Below, piece by piece: positions 18,772 to 28,456 of a stretch of DNA of 62,068 nt. The translations under genes were made by a program, and so were the position numbers. This DNA is from a virus (lineage: Duplodnaviria; Caudoviricetes). The stretch's first letter is position 1. The number at the start of each line of letters is the position of its first letter. Below the pieces are notes generated by a model. The model saw nothing but the letters and a program-made list of their open reading frames with translations. It searched no databases and was not told the DNA's origin. The DNA is taken from positions 1 through 62,068 of the IMG/VR virus record IMGVR_UViG_3300017989_000122; one strand, given 5' to 3'.

Positions 18772-20991
18772 ATGCCATATCCGAATGAGCATGCGTTTCG
18801 ATTGAGGAACCCGGACAAGTATCCGAAGAAGAGGAGGCAGAACAACAAGTTTGGTTCCGGTATCCATGCCATCTGGGGAATAACCCGGAGTGGCAAGGTC
18901 GAACTGCAAGCGATTCGGTTCAGCAAGAGTCAGTGGTCATTTACAAAGGCGAAGGCTTGGATTGCGCGGCATGGGTACAAACCGATGGAGCGCGAGCGGG
19001 CGGTTGCCAATACAGTAGGCGATAACTTGGAGGAGATGGTCATGCCAGAAGAAGGAACCCAGTTCACGGAAGAGATATTCCAAACTGTCTCTGCGAACAT
19101 GTCGGCCATGATTGAGGAGCGGGAACTGGATGGCAAGAAGATGTTAGCGGTCCCGACAATCATGATTACCAAAGGCGTCGTGAACGGCCTGCTGTATACG
19201 GACGAGGCGCTCTCCGAGTTCCCCGCCGCGTGGAATGGCAGGCCGATTGTTGTCAGGCATCCGACAGGACCCGATGGCCAGTTTGCTTCGGCGAACAAAC
19301 CCGAAGTTATTGCTAAGCAGGGGGTCGGTAACGTTTACGATACCCGCTACGATGCCGGGAAGCTGAAGTGTGTGTCCTACATCGACCCGGTCAAGGCGGA
19401 CAAAGTCGACCGGTCGGTGATGGCCTCCCTCCGTGCCAACAAACCGCTCGAAGTCTCGACCGGACTGTTCCTGCAAGTGGAGCGGAAGAATGGGACGTTC
19501 CAAGGGAAGGAGTATTCCGGCGTGGTGCATGGCATCCGAGCGGAGGACCACTTGGCCGTTCTCCCCGGCCAGCGAGGCGCGTGCTCCTGGGAAGATGGTG
19601 CCGGTATGCCACGCGTCAACCAGGACTTGGATGGCAACGCGCGAGGGGATGGCCAGGGTGTAGGAGGCCCCAAGCAAGGGGACGGGGGAACGGACACCTG
19701 CGTTTGTCCCGATTGTGGAGCAACCGCGAAGCATGAGCGCGGGACGCCTTGTAATCAAATCAAGTGCCCCGAATGTGGGACGCCGATGACGGGTATGGCC
19801 TCGAACGCGGTCACGAAGAAGGAAGGGGACGGCAATCATCCCGCTGGTCACTACCTGGTCGTCGAGGACCCACAGAAGCCGAGTACTTGGCACTTGCGTG
19901 TCAAGGATGTGGACGGGAAAATCGACCACCGTCTGATGGGTGCGGCGTGGGCCGCACTGCATGGTGGTTACCGCGGGTCGAAGTATGTGGGACCGGATAA
20001 GGCGGAGGCACTGCGGAAGTTGAAGGCGCTGTACAAGCGAGAGGATATGAAAACCCCAGCAGGCAACGAAGGAGGTGACGTGAGTATCATCGGTGGTGCA
20101 CTCGAAGGTTTGCTGGACTTGGGAAGCCGGATTCTTTTCGGCAAGAACGCATCGTTCGGTGACATCAGTCGCCAACTGCATCAAGCCGTGAAGGAGCAAG
20201 GCATCGTGGCGCACGTGGTGGACGTGTTCAAGGACTCGTTCGTATACGAAGTCGCCAACGATGAAGGCGAACCCGAGTTGTTCCAGCAAGGTTACCAAGT
20301 CAAGGAGGACGGGGTCGAGTTGTCGGGGAAGCCAAAACCGGTTTCGGTCGAGGTTTCGTACGTTCCCACCGGCAACGATGGTTCCGGCTCCGTTTCACAT
20401 AACACCAAACCTCACAACAAGGAGATTCAAATGAATCGTGAGGAACGCATCGCCGCTCTCATCAAGGACGGCAAGGTCAAGGAAGAGGACAAGGAGCATC
20501 TCGCCGCGTTGAACGACGCGACGTTTGACTCCCTGTTCCCCCGTGAGACCAAGTCGGAGGAAGAAGAGGGCAAGCAGAAGGAAGGCGAAGGCCAGAAGCA
20601 GACGCCGACCCCCGCCGCGAACAAGCCCAAGGAGACCAAGGGCAAGGAAGCGGAAGGGAAGAAGGAAGGCGAAGGCATCGTGACAGTCGAAGAGTACGTC
20701 CAGAATGCCCCTGCCGAAGTCCGCGAAGGCCTGACCCGCATGGTCGAGAACGATAAGAAGCAGAAGGCCGAGATGGTCAAGGCCATCCTGGCCAGCAAGC
20801 GGAACTCGTTCTCGGAGGACGAGCTGAACGGCATGGCTATTAACCAACTCGAGAAGTTGGTCGAACTGGCCGCGCCGGAAGCCAACTACGCGGGACGCGC
20901 CAATGGCAAGCCGAAGCCGGCCATGAACGAGCCGAAGATTGAGGCCCTGCCTCTTCCCGGTTACGGTCCGGCCAAGAACGAAAACAAGTAA
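18772..20991 (+). CDS. Prohead protease (DUF2213-like)/scaffold fusion with inserted domains
   Basis: WNGRPIVVRHP, LEVSTG, DHLAVLP..RGACS; charged scaffold-like C-terminus; upstream of capsid genes. Confidence 0.8.
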   Translation: MPYPNEHAFRLRNPDKYPKKRRQNNKFGSGIHAIWGITRSGKVELQAIRFSKSQWSFTKAKAWIARHGYKPMERERAVANTVGDNLEEMVMPEEGTQFTEEIFQTVSANMSAMIEERELDGKKMLAVPTIMITKGVVNGLLYTDEALSEFPAAWNGRPIVVRHPTGPDGQFASANKPEVIAKQGVGNVYDTRYDAGKLKCVSYIDPVKADKVDRSVMASLRANKPLEVSTGLFLQVERKNGTFQGKEYSGVVHGIRAEDHLAVLPGQRGACSWEDGAGMPRVNQDLDGNARGDGQGVGGPKQGDGGTDTCVCPDCGATAKHERGTPCNQIKCPECGTPMTGMASNAVTKKEGDGNHPAGHYLVVEDPQKPSTWHLRVKDVDGKIDHRLMGAAWAALHGGYRGSKYVGPDKAEALRKLKALYKREDMKTPAGNEGGDVSIIGGALEGLLDLGSRILFGKNASFGDISRQLHQAVKEQGIVAHVVDVFKDSFVYEVANDEGEPELFQQGYQVKEDGVELSGKPKPVSVEVSYVPTGNDGSGSVSHNTKPHNKEIQMNREERIAALIKDGKVKEEDKEHLAALNDATFDSLFPRETKSEEEEGKQKEGEGQKQTPTPAANKPKETKGKEAEGKKEGEGIVTVEEYVQNAPAEVREGLTRMVENDKKQKAEMVKAILASKRNSFSEDELNGMAINQLEKLVELAAPEANYAGRANGKPKPAMNEPKIEALPLPGYGPAKNENK

Positions 20992-21015
20992 CCCCCAACA
21001 CCAGGAGAGAAACAG

Positions 21016-21468
21016 ATGGCTATTAAGACCATCATGGTGAAGGGCGATGGTGTCCGATTCGAGGCCAACGTGACCGCGGGTCAGACCATCACGCCGGGTC
21101 ACCTCGTCAAGTTGCAGTCGGACGGAACCGTTCGCTCCCATAACGCCGCCGGTCAGGCGGCTGAGCGGGCGTTCGCGGTCGAGGACGACCTGCAAGGCAA
21201 GACCATCACGGACGCATACGCTGCCGGCACCCCGTGCCAGTACAACGTGTGCCAGCCGGGTGATGTGGTCTATGCTCCAATCCTCAACGGCGAAAACATC
21301 TCGAAGGGTGACTTCCTCGAGTCCGGCGGCAACGGCGAGCTCCAGAAGTATTCTGCTGACAGTGCGGGCGTGGTCGAGTATCCGTCCAGCATCGTGGCCG
21401 TGGCCCTCGAGGCGTTAGACCTGTCCGGTTCCGTTAATGCGGGTCGGATTCAGGCGCGCGTCGTTTAA
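21016..21468 (+). CDS. Head decoration/cement protein
   Basis: Between scaffold and MCP; ITPGHLV, GDFLESGGNGEL. Confidence 0.7.
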   Translation: MAIKTIMVKGDGVRFEANVTAGQTITPGHLVKLQSDGTVRSHNAAGQAAERAFAVEDDLQGKTITDAYAAGTPCQYNVCQPGDVVYAPILNGENISKGDFLESGGNGELQKYSADSAGVVEYPSSIVAVALEALDLSGSVNAGRIQARVV

Positions 21469-21500
21469 CCCAGAACCACAAGCCAAGGAAAGGCATAAAG

Positions 21501-22580
21501 ATGCCACAGGAAAACATCGAACAAGCCGCCCTTGACTTCATCGTCAACGGTGCCGCGATGGGAGATGCCGCCGCACGATTCCTGGCGATGGGTTGCAACG
21601 CGTCAGCAATGCGCCCGTTTATCGCCGAGGACGGTCGGCCCTACATCACCATCGTGAACGAGAAGGGCGAACTGACGCCCGTGGTCGCCAATGCTGCCAC
21701 TCTCCGCAGGGATGAGTGGAAGGACATCGACGACGCGGTGCTGAAGGCCGCACAAATCCGTATCGGCGGTATCCAGGACCTGCAGTCGATGGGCCTCGTC
21801 AGGAACATCGGCAACGGCCTCGGTTCCACCGTTCTGGAGTATGAGAAAGAATCCGACTTTGAAGATGCGGAAATGACGATGGATGCCATCACCCGCGTCA
21901 ACAAGGACCGCCCGACCTATGACACTGGCTACCTGCCCCTGCCGGTCGTGCATAAGGACTTCTCGTTCTCCGCTCGCGTTCTGGCGGCAAGCCGCCAACG
22001 TGGTCAGACACTCGACACCGCAAGTGCCGAGCTGGCGACCACGAAGGTGCTCCAGAAGTTAGAGGACATCCTGTTCAACGGGACTTCGTCCTATACCTTC
22101 GGCGGCGGGACTATTTATGGTTACGTCGATGCCCCGAACAAGAACACGGTCACCCTGGTTACCAACTGGGATGACAGCTCGAAGACCGGTGCCCAGATTG
22201 TCGCCGATATTCTGGACATGAAGCAGGCGAACATCGACGCCCTCCACTACGGTCCGTACATGCTGTACATCCCGACCGGTTACGAGACCAAGATGGACGA
22301 AGACCACACGTCCGGTTACCCGAAGACGATTCGTGCTCGTATCAAGGAAATCGAGAGCATCGTGGACGTCAAGGTGTCGGACAAGCTGGCTGCCAACAAG
22401 GTAATCCTGGTTCAGATGACCCAGGATGTCGTCCGGCTGGTCCAGGGATTGCCGCTGACTCCGGTCGAGTGGCAGACCGAAGGCAACATGCTCCATCACT
22501 ACAAGATTATGACCATCCAGGTCCCGCAGTTACGCAGCGATGCCAACAGCCGGTCCGGGGTCTGCCTCTTGTCAGCATAG
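21501..22580 (+). CDS. Major capsid protein (HK97/encapsulin-like)
   Basis: 359 aa; EWKDIDDAV, PLPVVHKDF, YGPYMLYIP; position and strong codon bias. Confidence 0.88.
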   Translation: MPQENIEQAALDFIVNGAAMGDAAARFLAMGCNASAMRPFIAEDGRPYITIVNEKGELTPVVANAATLRRDEWKDIDDAVLKAAQIRIGGIQDLQSMGLVRNIGNGLGSTVLEYEKESDFEDAEMTMDAITRVNKDRPTYDTGYLPLPVVHKDFSFSARVLAASRQRGQTLDTASAELATTKVLQKLEDILFNGTSSYTFGGGTIYGYVDAPNKNTVTLVTNWDDSSKTGAQIVADILDMKQANIDALHYGPYMLYIPTGYETKMDEDHTSGYPKTIRARIKEIESIVDVKVSDKLAANKVILVQMTQDVVRLVQGLPLTPVEWQTEGNMLHHYKIMTIQVPQLRSDANSRSGVCLLSA

Positions 22581-22603
22581 GAGACACTGCCTCTCCCCCC
22601 TAT

Positions 22604-22641
22604 CCCTCGCCCCGGTACCCAACCGGGGATGAGGGACCTTT
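22604..22641 (+). terminator. Hairpin after MCP (terminator/attenuator candidate)
   Basis: TCCCTCGCCCCGGT-ACCCA-ACCGGGGATGAGGGA followed by CCTTT. Confidence 0.45.
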
Positions 22642-22675
22642 CGGAGGGAGTGGTTGAACAAGGGAGGAGAACAAG

Positions 22676-23686
22676 ATGAGTTCAGTATTTCGATTGACAG
22701 GCGGGACTTTCCGCGATGGTGTAGGCAAAAAGTATGTAGCCGGGGACAAGGTCGAGTCAGATGAGGACTTGGACGAGAAGTTCCCAGGCCAGTTCGAGCG
22801 TTTGTCCGGTCGCCCGAATACCGACCGTAAAGGGTTCGGTCGGACGAAGCTGGAAGCCAAGCAGGGAGAACATGGTTGGGAAGTCATCAATGAGGCCAGT
22901 GGACGGAAGCTCAACGACCTGCCACTGACCGAGGAGCAGGCCCGCTCGTTCATGGATGACTTCGGCGGTGCCGCCAAGCGGTTCTTCCACTGCCCGCCAA
23001 TCTGGCGTGGTACCTGCTTCATCATCGGCGGCGGTCCATCCCTGAAGGGGTTCAAGTGGCAGTTGCTGAAAGGCCAGCGGGTCATCGGTTGTAACGATGC
23101 CTACCAGCTGGGAAGCTGGGTCGATGTCATGCACTATGGTGATGAAGGCTGGTTCGATAACTGGTACAAGAAGAAAATTGGACGCGAGAGTTTACGGAAG
23201 TTCCCCGGCCTGAAAACATGTAGTTGTGTTTCGCACTTGCACATTCCCGATGTCAAGGTGTTCCGACGACTGAACCATGGCATCGAAGGAATTGAGAGTC
23301 GATGGGAGTTGGCATGGAACCAGTCTACAGGGGCACAAGCTATCAATCTGGCTATCCTGTTGGGGGCACGTCGAATCATCCTACTCGGTTTTGATATGAA
23401 GCCGGAGGGTGAGGACAATAACTGGCACTCGAACTCGATTCATAAGGCCAACCCGGACGTCAATGCCAGGCATCTGCGTTATATCAAGACCTTCCTGATG
23501 CCGGGATTGCTGAAACTGAAGGAGCATCCGTTATACAAGGACCTCGAAGTCCTCAACGTGAAAACTGACCCGGAGAGTCCACTGGATTGTTTCCCAGAGA
23601 CCAACTTGAAGGACGAGTTGGGCATCTCAACAAAGAAGGCGGAAGCGAAAACGGAACCGAAGAAAAAGAGTCGGAGGACAAAGTAG
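22676..23686 (+). CDS. Small N-terminal domain fused to a Maf/MptE/sialyltransferase-like transferase domain
   Basis: FIIGGGPSL, VIGCNDAY, STGAQAINLAILLGARRIILLGFDM. Confidence 0.75.
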   Translation: MSSVFRLTGGTFRDGVGKKYVAGDKVESDEDLDEKFPGQFERLSGRPNTDRKGFGRTKLEAKQGEHGWEVINEASGRKLNDLPLTEEQARSFMDDFGGAAKRFFHCPPIWRGTCFIIGGGPSLKGFKWQLLKGQRVIGCNDAYQLGSWVDVMHYGDEGWFDNWYKKKIGRESLRKFPGLKTCSCVSHLHIPDVKVFRRLNHGIEGIESRWELAWNQSTGAQAINLAILLGARRIILLGFDMKPEGEDNNWHSNSIHKANPDVNARHLRYIKTFLMPGLLKLKEHPLYKDLEVLNVKTDPESPLDCFPETNLKDELGISTKKAEAKTEPKKKSRRTK

Positions 23687-24291
23687 TGCGTCCAACAATT
23701 AGGCCATTCTTGCAGTTGTTAAACGACCTCGAAGCGCCTGGGGACTTTATGGAACTGGGCGTTTACCAGGGGGACTCCTTCGTGGAACTCCTCGAGGTTG
23801 CCAGGAAACGGCCGGATAAAGGCCGTGTTTGCCATGCTGTGGACTCCTTTCGGGGAATGGCCCAACCTGGCAAGGAGGATGGCGGGCAGGGCAGTGGATA
23901 TCCGTTAGGGCGATTTGACCAGGGCGGGTCGCAACGATTCCGGCACAGATTGGATGGGATGGGTTATCGGGAGTCGGAGTACTTCATCCATGAGGGATAT
24001 GTTCCGGCAATCCTGAATAACATCGAGTCTGAGTTGGTTCTTGGTGCGGCACTCATCGACCTTGACCACTACGAGCCGACAGCTCATGCACTGAAGTGGG
24101 TGTGGGCCAGATTGCAGATTGGTGGGTTGCTGATTTGTGATGACTACTTCCCGAAGCTTGGCAATATAAAGGGATACGCACACAAGGCCGTCCATGAGTT
24201 CGTGATGCTATATCGCGACCGCCTCGACTTAATGATGAGTGGCAATGATGGACGGACACATGCCTTTCGGAAGTTGGAGGAACCGCAATGA
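23686..24291 (+). CDS. TylF/MycF/NovP-family O-methyltransferase
   Basis: ELGVYQGDS, VDSFRG, IDLDHYEPT, GGLLICDDY. Confidence 0.85.
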   Translation: MRPTIRPFLQLLNDLEAPGDFMELGVYQGDSFVELLEVARKRPDKGRVCHAVDSFRGMAQPGKEDGGQGSGYPLGRFDQGGSQRFRHRLDGMGYRESEYFIHEGYVPAILNNIESELVLGAALIDLDHYEPTAHALKWVWARLQIGGLLICDDYFPKLGNIKGYAHKAVHEFVMLYRDRLDLMMSGNDGRTHAFRKLEEPQ

Positions 24292-27173
24292 CGAAGCAGG
24301 AGCCCTTCAATGTTATGTTGGTTTGCCGGAGTGGCGGTGATTATACCTTGTCCGATGTGTTCCTGATTGCCAAGAAGCTTAAGGAAATCCATAAGGAGGA
24401 GGTGCGGGTCATTTGTCTGAACGACAATTATAATCGGACTGCGTACCATCCGAAGTGTTTGTTCCTGCCGCTCCGTGGTAACGAGCCGGGATGGTGGGCG
24501 AAGATGAATCTATTTCGTCCATCACTGGAACGATTCCGGCCTTTTCTTTACATGGACCTCGATACCATGGTCCTCGGTGACTTGCGACCGATGCTGAAGA
24601 AAATCAATAGGAACCGGTTTACGATGCTCACTGACCTATACGAGGAAATCCACGGCCCCAGGGCGGCCAGCGGAGTGATGTGGTTTCCTGCCGGTAGTGG
24701 GGCGGTGTCTCGCATTTGGCAGAGGTGGGATAAAGACCGCGTGGAGGCCATGAAGAAGTTGCGCGGCGACCAGGACTTCATCGCGTCGGTCGAGGAACCG
24801 GAGGCGCGATTCCAAGATGACGTGCCGGGACTGATTGTTTCTATCAAGCCCCTTGACAAAAACAAGAAACCAGAACTGCGTGAGGAAAGGCCGGGGGGTG
24901 CCGTACTGTGCTGTTTGCATGGCAAGCCGCGTTTGGAGCAAGCGGCACAGAAACTTTTATGGGTGGCGAAATACTGCGGTCGCGAGTTCACGTACGAGAA
25001 GCGTGAGGAGCCTGATGACAAGTCGAAGGTGAAGCCGTCCACAAATATGCTACTGAAACTTGCTGGGAGGCAGGACGCGCCGGTCAATCTTGGGCCATGG
25101 TTCTCCATCCTTTGTCCGACCCGGGGACGACCGGAACTGGCGAGGAGGATGGTCGAGAGTGTTTATCGAACGGCGGCGCTCCCGCAACAAGTAGAAACTT
25201 TCATTTACGTTGACTCCAATGATGAGTACTTGGACGGTTACTTGTCCCAACTCGACCACTTGCCATGCCATGTAATTGTCGGTCCATCCGACCGGGGTTT
25301 TGCACCAGAGGATATTGGAGTCGATAAGATGGGGATTGCTTGGAACCAGATGGCGCGGATGGCCAGCGGTCGGTACCTGATGATGGGTAACGATGACTTG
25401 GTTTGGGAAACCAAGGACTGGGATTTGACTATGCTCCATCGCCTTTGGAAAATTCCTGACCAGATTTTCCTGGCCTGGGCCGATGACGGTATCAATGGTA
25501 GGGAGCATTGTGCGTTTCCAATTGTTAGTCAGCGTTGGGTATATGGGAACAATGGCGAGTTTGTTCCCGAGTGTTTTCAATTCTTATACCATGACACTTG
25601 GCTGTTCGATGTGGCAAAGAGAATGGACCTGCATTTCAAGAACCATTGTAAGAAATGGTGGTACGGTGCTGGCTACGAGCGACTTATCTACTTTGATAAC
25701 ATTAAGATTAAGCACGACCATTGTGGTGATAGTCGCCCTGTTGATGACATTCATAAGTTGAACCGTAGGGGCAGGATGGCTAAACATGATAAGGAGGTTT
25801 TCGAGTCGAAGTATGCTGATGAGCTTCGTACACAGCAGCGGGCCAACCTGGAATCATGGTCGGTCATCCCTTGCCAGAACTATGGGGACGAGGAGTTGGG
25901 TAAACTATTCCACGGTAAGCGGGTCGCGCTGGTTGGACCATCGCCGCATCTGCAACGCCATGGTAAGGGAGGTGAGATTGATGGCTACGACTGCATCTGC
26001 CGGGTCAATGAGGTCTACCCGTTCGGACTCGAGGCCGACTATGGGTCCAGGACGGACGTCGTATTCCACACGTGCAATCCGGTCAGCGTATCCCAATTCC
26101 AGAAGGGGATGGGGCGTTACGTCAAGGATGGTTTGCCACCGTTCAAGGCTTTTGTGCGAACCAATCCTGGGATGCGATTTTCGGAGGATGACTTCGTACG
26201 GGAAGTGCTTCGGCATTTTCCCGACTGCCCCCTGGCAAAACTGAACGCAATTCACTTTGACTTGTACTTCCATCAGGTGGGTTCCTTCCCGAACACCGGT
26301 ATCCTGGCCTTGCTAATGATTGCCAACTACAAACCGAAGGAACTACTGCTGACCGGATTCTCCTTTTATGCACAAGGGATGGACCCAGAAGCGCGGCATC
26401 ATAAGGCATACATCGAGTGGGGTGGTGATAATATTTACAATGAGAAGGATGGTGCGAAGTATAAAGGCCACCCACAGGAGCCCCAGCGTGACTGGTTTAT
26501 CCAGCATTTCCTGCCGACTTATGGCAACATGATTCGCTTGGACTCATACTTGGCCGACTCGTTCAATTTGAAATTCAAGAACGTCCTAGACTTGAAGTCT
26601 TTGTCAAAGGAAGCGAAGAAGGCAATCGAGACGTGGAAGGGTGCGTATGGTATGAAGCATCAGTACCGAGGGAGTGACGAAGAGTGGCCTGACAAGGATG
26701 GTCCTGACTTGGTTCGTTACTTCGTCGGTGAGGGGAAGGTTTGTGATGTTGGTTGCGGTATTGGCAGGGTTGCACCATTGTTTGAACCGGATAGGTACAT
26801 TGGCATTGATATCAACGAGAAGGCAGTTGTGAGGGCGAGGAAGGAAATCCCCGACCATGACTTTGAAGTTGTAGAGCATGGTGAATATCCACCGGCAGAT
26901 ACTTACTTGTTCCATACAGTTGCCCTTCATATCCCTGATGATGAACTGCCGAACGTCGCATCTCGCTTACGGGGTCGCGTGGTCATCTTCGAGTCAATGG
27001 ACCGTTCGTTGCGGAATGGCGGTGTTAATTATCAACGTAACCCGGAGGAATACCAACAAGTATTCGAGGAAGCCGGATTCACGATGCTACTTCATTCGCG
27101 ACAACCAAGTAGCATCAAACCAGGATTCCGTGACTACATGGTTTTCCAGAAAGAGAAGGAAGCAGCAAAATGA
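24288..27173 (+). CDS. Multidomain glycosyltransferase (GT8-like + GT2-like + GT29/Maf-like) with C-terminal SAM methyltransferase
   Basis: GWWAKMNLF/YMDLD/GDQDFI/HGKP; CPTRGRP/GNDD; ALVGPS/CRVN/GSRTD/PNTG/TGFSFY; CDVGCGIGR. Confidence 0.8.
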   Translation: MTKQEPFNVMLVCRSGGDYTLSDVFLIAKKLKEIHKEEVRVICLNDNYNRTAYHPKCLFLPLRGNEPGWWAKMNLFRPSLERFRPFLYMDLDTMVLGDLRPMLKKINRNRFTMLTDLYEEIHGPRAASGVMWFPAGSGAVSRIWQRWDKDRVEAMKKLRGDQDFIASVEEPEARFQDDVPGLIVSIKPLDKNKKPELREERPGGAVLCCLHGKPRLEQAAQKLLWVAKYCGREFTYEKREEPDDKSKVKPSTNMLLKLAGRQDAPVNLGPWFSILCPTRGRPELARRMVESVYRTAALPQQVETFIYVDSNDEYLDGYLSQLDHLPCHVIVGPSDRGFAPEDIGVDKMGIAWNQMARMASGRYLMMGNDDLVWETKDWDLTMLHRLWKIPDQIFLAWADDGINGREHCAFPIVSQRWVYGNNGEFVPECFQFLYHDTWLFDVAKRMDLHFKNHCKKWWYGAGYERLIYFDNIKIKHDHCGDSRPVDDIHKLNRRGRMAKHDKEVFESKYADELRTQQRANLESWSVIPCQNYGDEELGKLFHGKRVALVGPSPHLQRHGKGGEIDGYDCICRVNEVYPFGLEADYGSRTDVVFHTCNPVSVSQFQKGMGRYVKDGLPPFKAFVRTNPGMRFSEDDFVREVLRHFPDCPLAKLNAIHFDLYFHQVGSFPNTGILALLMIANYKPKELLLTGFSFYAQGMDPEARHHKAYIEWGGDNIYNEKDGAKYKGHPQEPQRDWFIQHFLPTYGNMIRLDSYLADSFNLKFKNVLDLKSLSKEAKKAIETWKGAYGMKHQYRGSDEEWPDKDGPDLVRYFVGEGKVCDVGCGIGRVAPLFEPDRYIGIDINEKAVVRARKEIPDHDFEVVEHGEYPPADTYLFHTVALHIPDDELPNVASRLRGRVVIFESMDRSLRNGGVNYQRNPEEYQQVFEEAGFTMLLHSRQPSSIKPGFRDYMVFQKEKEAAK

Positions 27174-28456
27174 AAATTGGTTTTATTGGACTCGGTAAGC
27201 TTGGCCTCCCATGTGCGACTTGTGTTGCCATGAAGGGGCACAAAGTCAAGGGATATGACCTCGACCCATCACGGATGAGTCACGAGCCACAGCCATATCA
27301 GGAAGCCGGTCCATTGGGTACAGGGGACTTCAATGATATCCTGGGTTCCCAGGAGGTGAAACGTAACCTCACTTTCGGGACAGTGGAGGAGGTGGCCCAC
27401 TGGGCGGACATCATCTTCATCGCGGTACAAACGCCACATGACGCGCAGTATGAGGGTGTCACGCGGATACCGATGGAGCGCCGGGACTTCGACTATACCT
27501 ATCTCATCAAGGCGGTCAGTGAGTTGTCAAAACATTTGCTGGAGCGAGGCTCGACTGCCATCGTGACCATCATTTCCACCTGCCTGCCTGGAACAATGGA
27601 ACGATGTGTCCTGCCACTACTGCCGCAAAACGCACGACTCGTTTACAATCCATTCTTTATTGCTATGGGGACGACGATGCGTGATTTCCTCGACCCGGAG
27701 TTTGTACTTCTGGGTGGCAACGATAAGGAAGCAATGAACGAACTGGAAGAGTTTTACAAGACACTCCATGATGCCCCCTGCGTTATGATGAGTTTGCCAT
27801 CAGCCGAGTTGACGAAAGTGACATACAATACTTTCATCAGTTTCAAGATTGCGTTCGCGAACACAGTCATGGAAATCTGTGACCAGATTCCCGATGCCGA
27901 TTGTGATGATGTTGTCGAGGCACTGATGAAGGGGCATCGCCGTATCATCTCACCGGGTTACTTGCACGGTGGCATGGGTGATGGAGGCGGTTGCCATCCT
28001 CGGGACAACATCGCCATGAGTTGGCTGGCACGGAAGTTGGGGCTGTCCTTCGATTTGTTCGACGCGGAGATGAGATGCCGTGAACGGCAGGCGGACTGGT
28101 TGAGGATTATCCTCAGCTATCACCGCAATACGACCGGCCTGCCCGTCGTCATTCTGGGATATTCGTTCAAGCCGGAAACCAATCTTACCGTTGGTTCCCC
28201 GGCCATCCTCGTTCAAAACTTGTTGAAGGAGGAAGGAGTCAGGCCTATCATGGTTGACGAGCATGTCAACCCTGACGACAAAGAGTGGATTTCCATCCCG
28301 GCTATCTATCTCATCGGTTGCCGTCATCCCGAATACGCGGAGCGGCAGTTCCCCGATGGCTCAATTGTCATTGACCCACACCGATATGTTTGTAAGCAAC
28401 TCGCTGACGTGAAAGTTCATCGACTTGGACAGGGAGAACCTGATGCCATCAAGTAA
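27170..28456 (+). CDS. UDP-glucose/GDP-mannose dehydrogenase family protein
   Basis: GLGKLG, AVQTP, AELTK..N, GGGCHPRD, FKPET. Confidence 0.92.
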   Translation: MKIGFIGLGKLGLPCATCVAMKGHKVKGYDLDPSRMSHEPQPYQEAGPLGTGDFNDILGSQEVKRNLTFGTVEEVAHWADIIFIAVQTPHDAQYEGVTRIPMERRDFDYTYLIKAVSELSKHLLERGSTAIVTIISTCLPGTMERCVLPLLPQNARLVYNPFFIAMGTTMRDFLDPEFVLLGGNDKEAMNELEEFYKTLHDAPCVMMSLPSAELTKVTYNTFISFKIAFANTVMEICDQIPDADCDDVVEALMKGHRRIISPGYLHGGMGDGGGCHPRDNIAMSWLARKLGLSFDLFDAEMRCRERQADWLRIILSYHRNTTGLPVVILGYSFKPETNLTVGSPAILVQNLLKEEGVRPIMVDEHVNPDDKEWISIPAIYLIGCRHPEYAERQFPDGSIVIDPHRYVCKQLADVKVHRLGQGEPDAIK

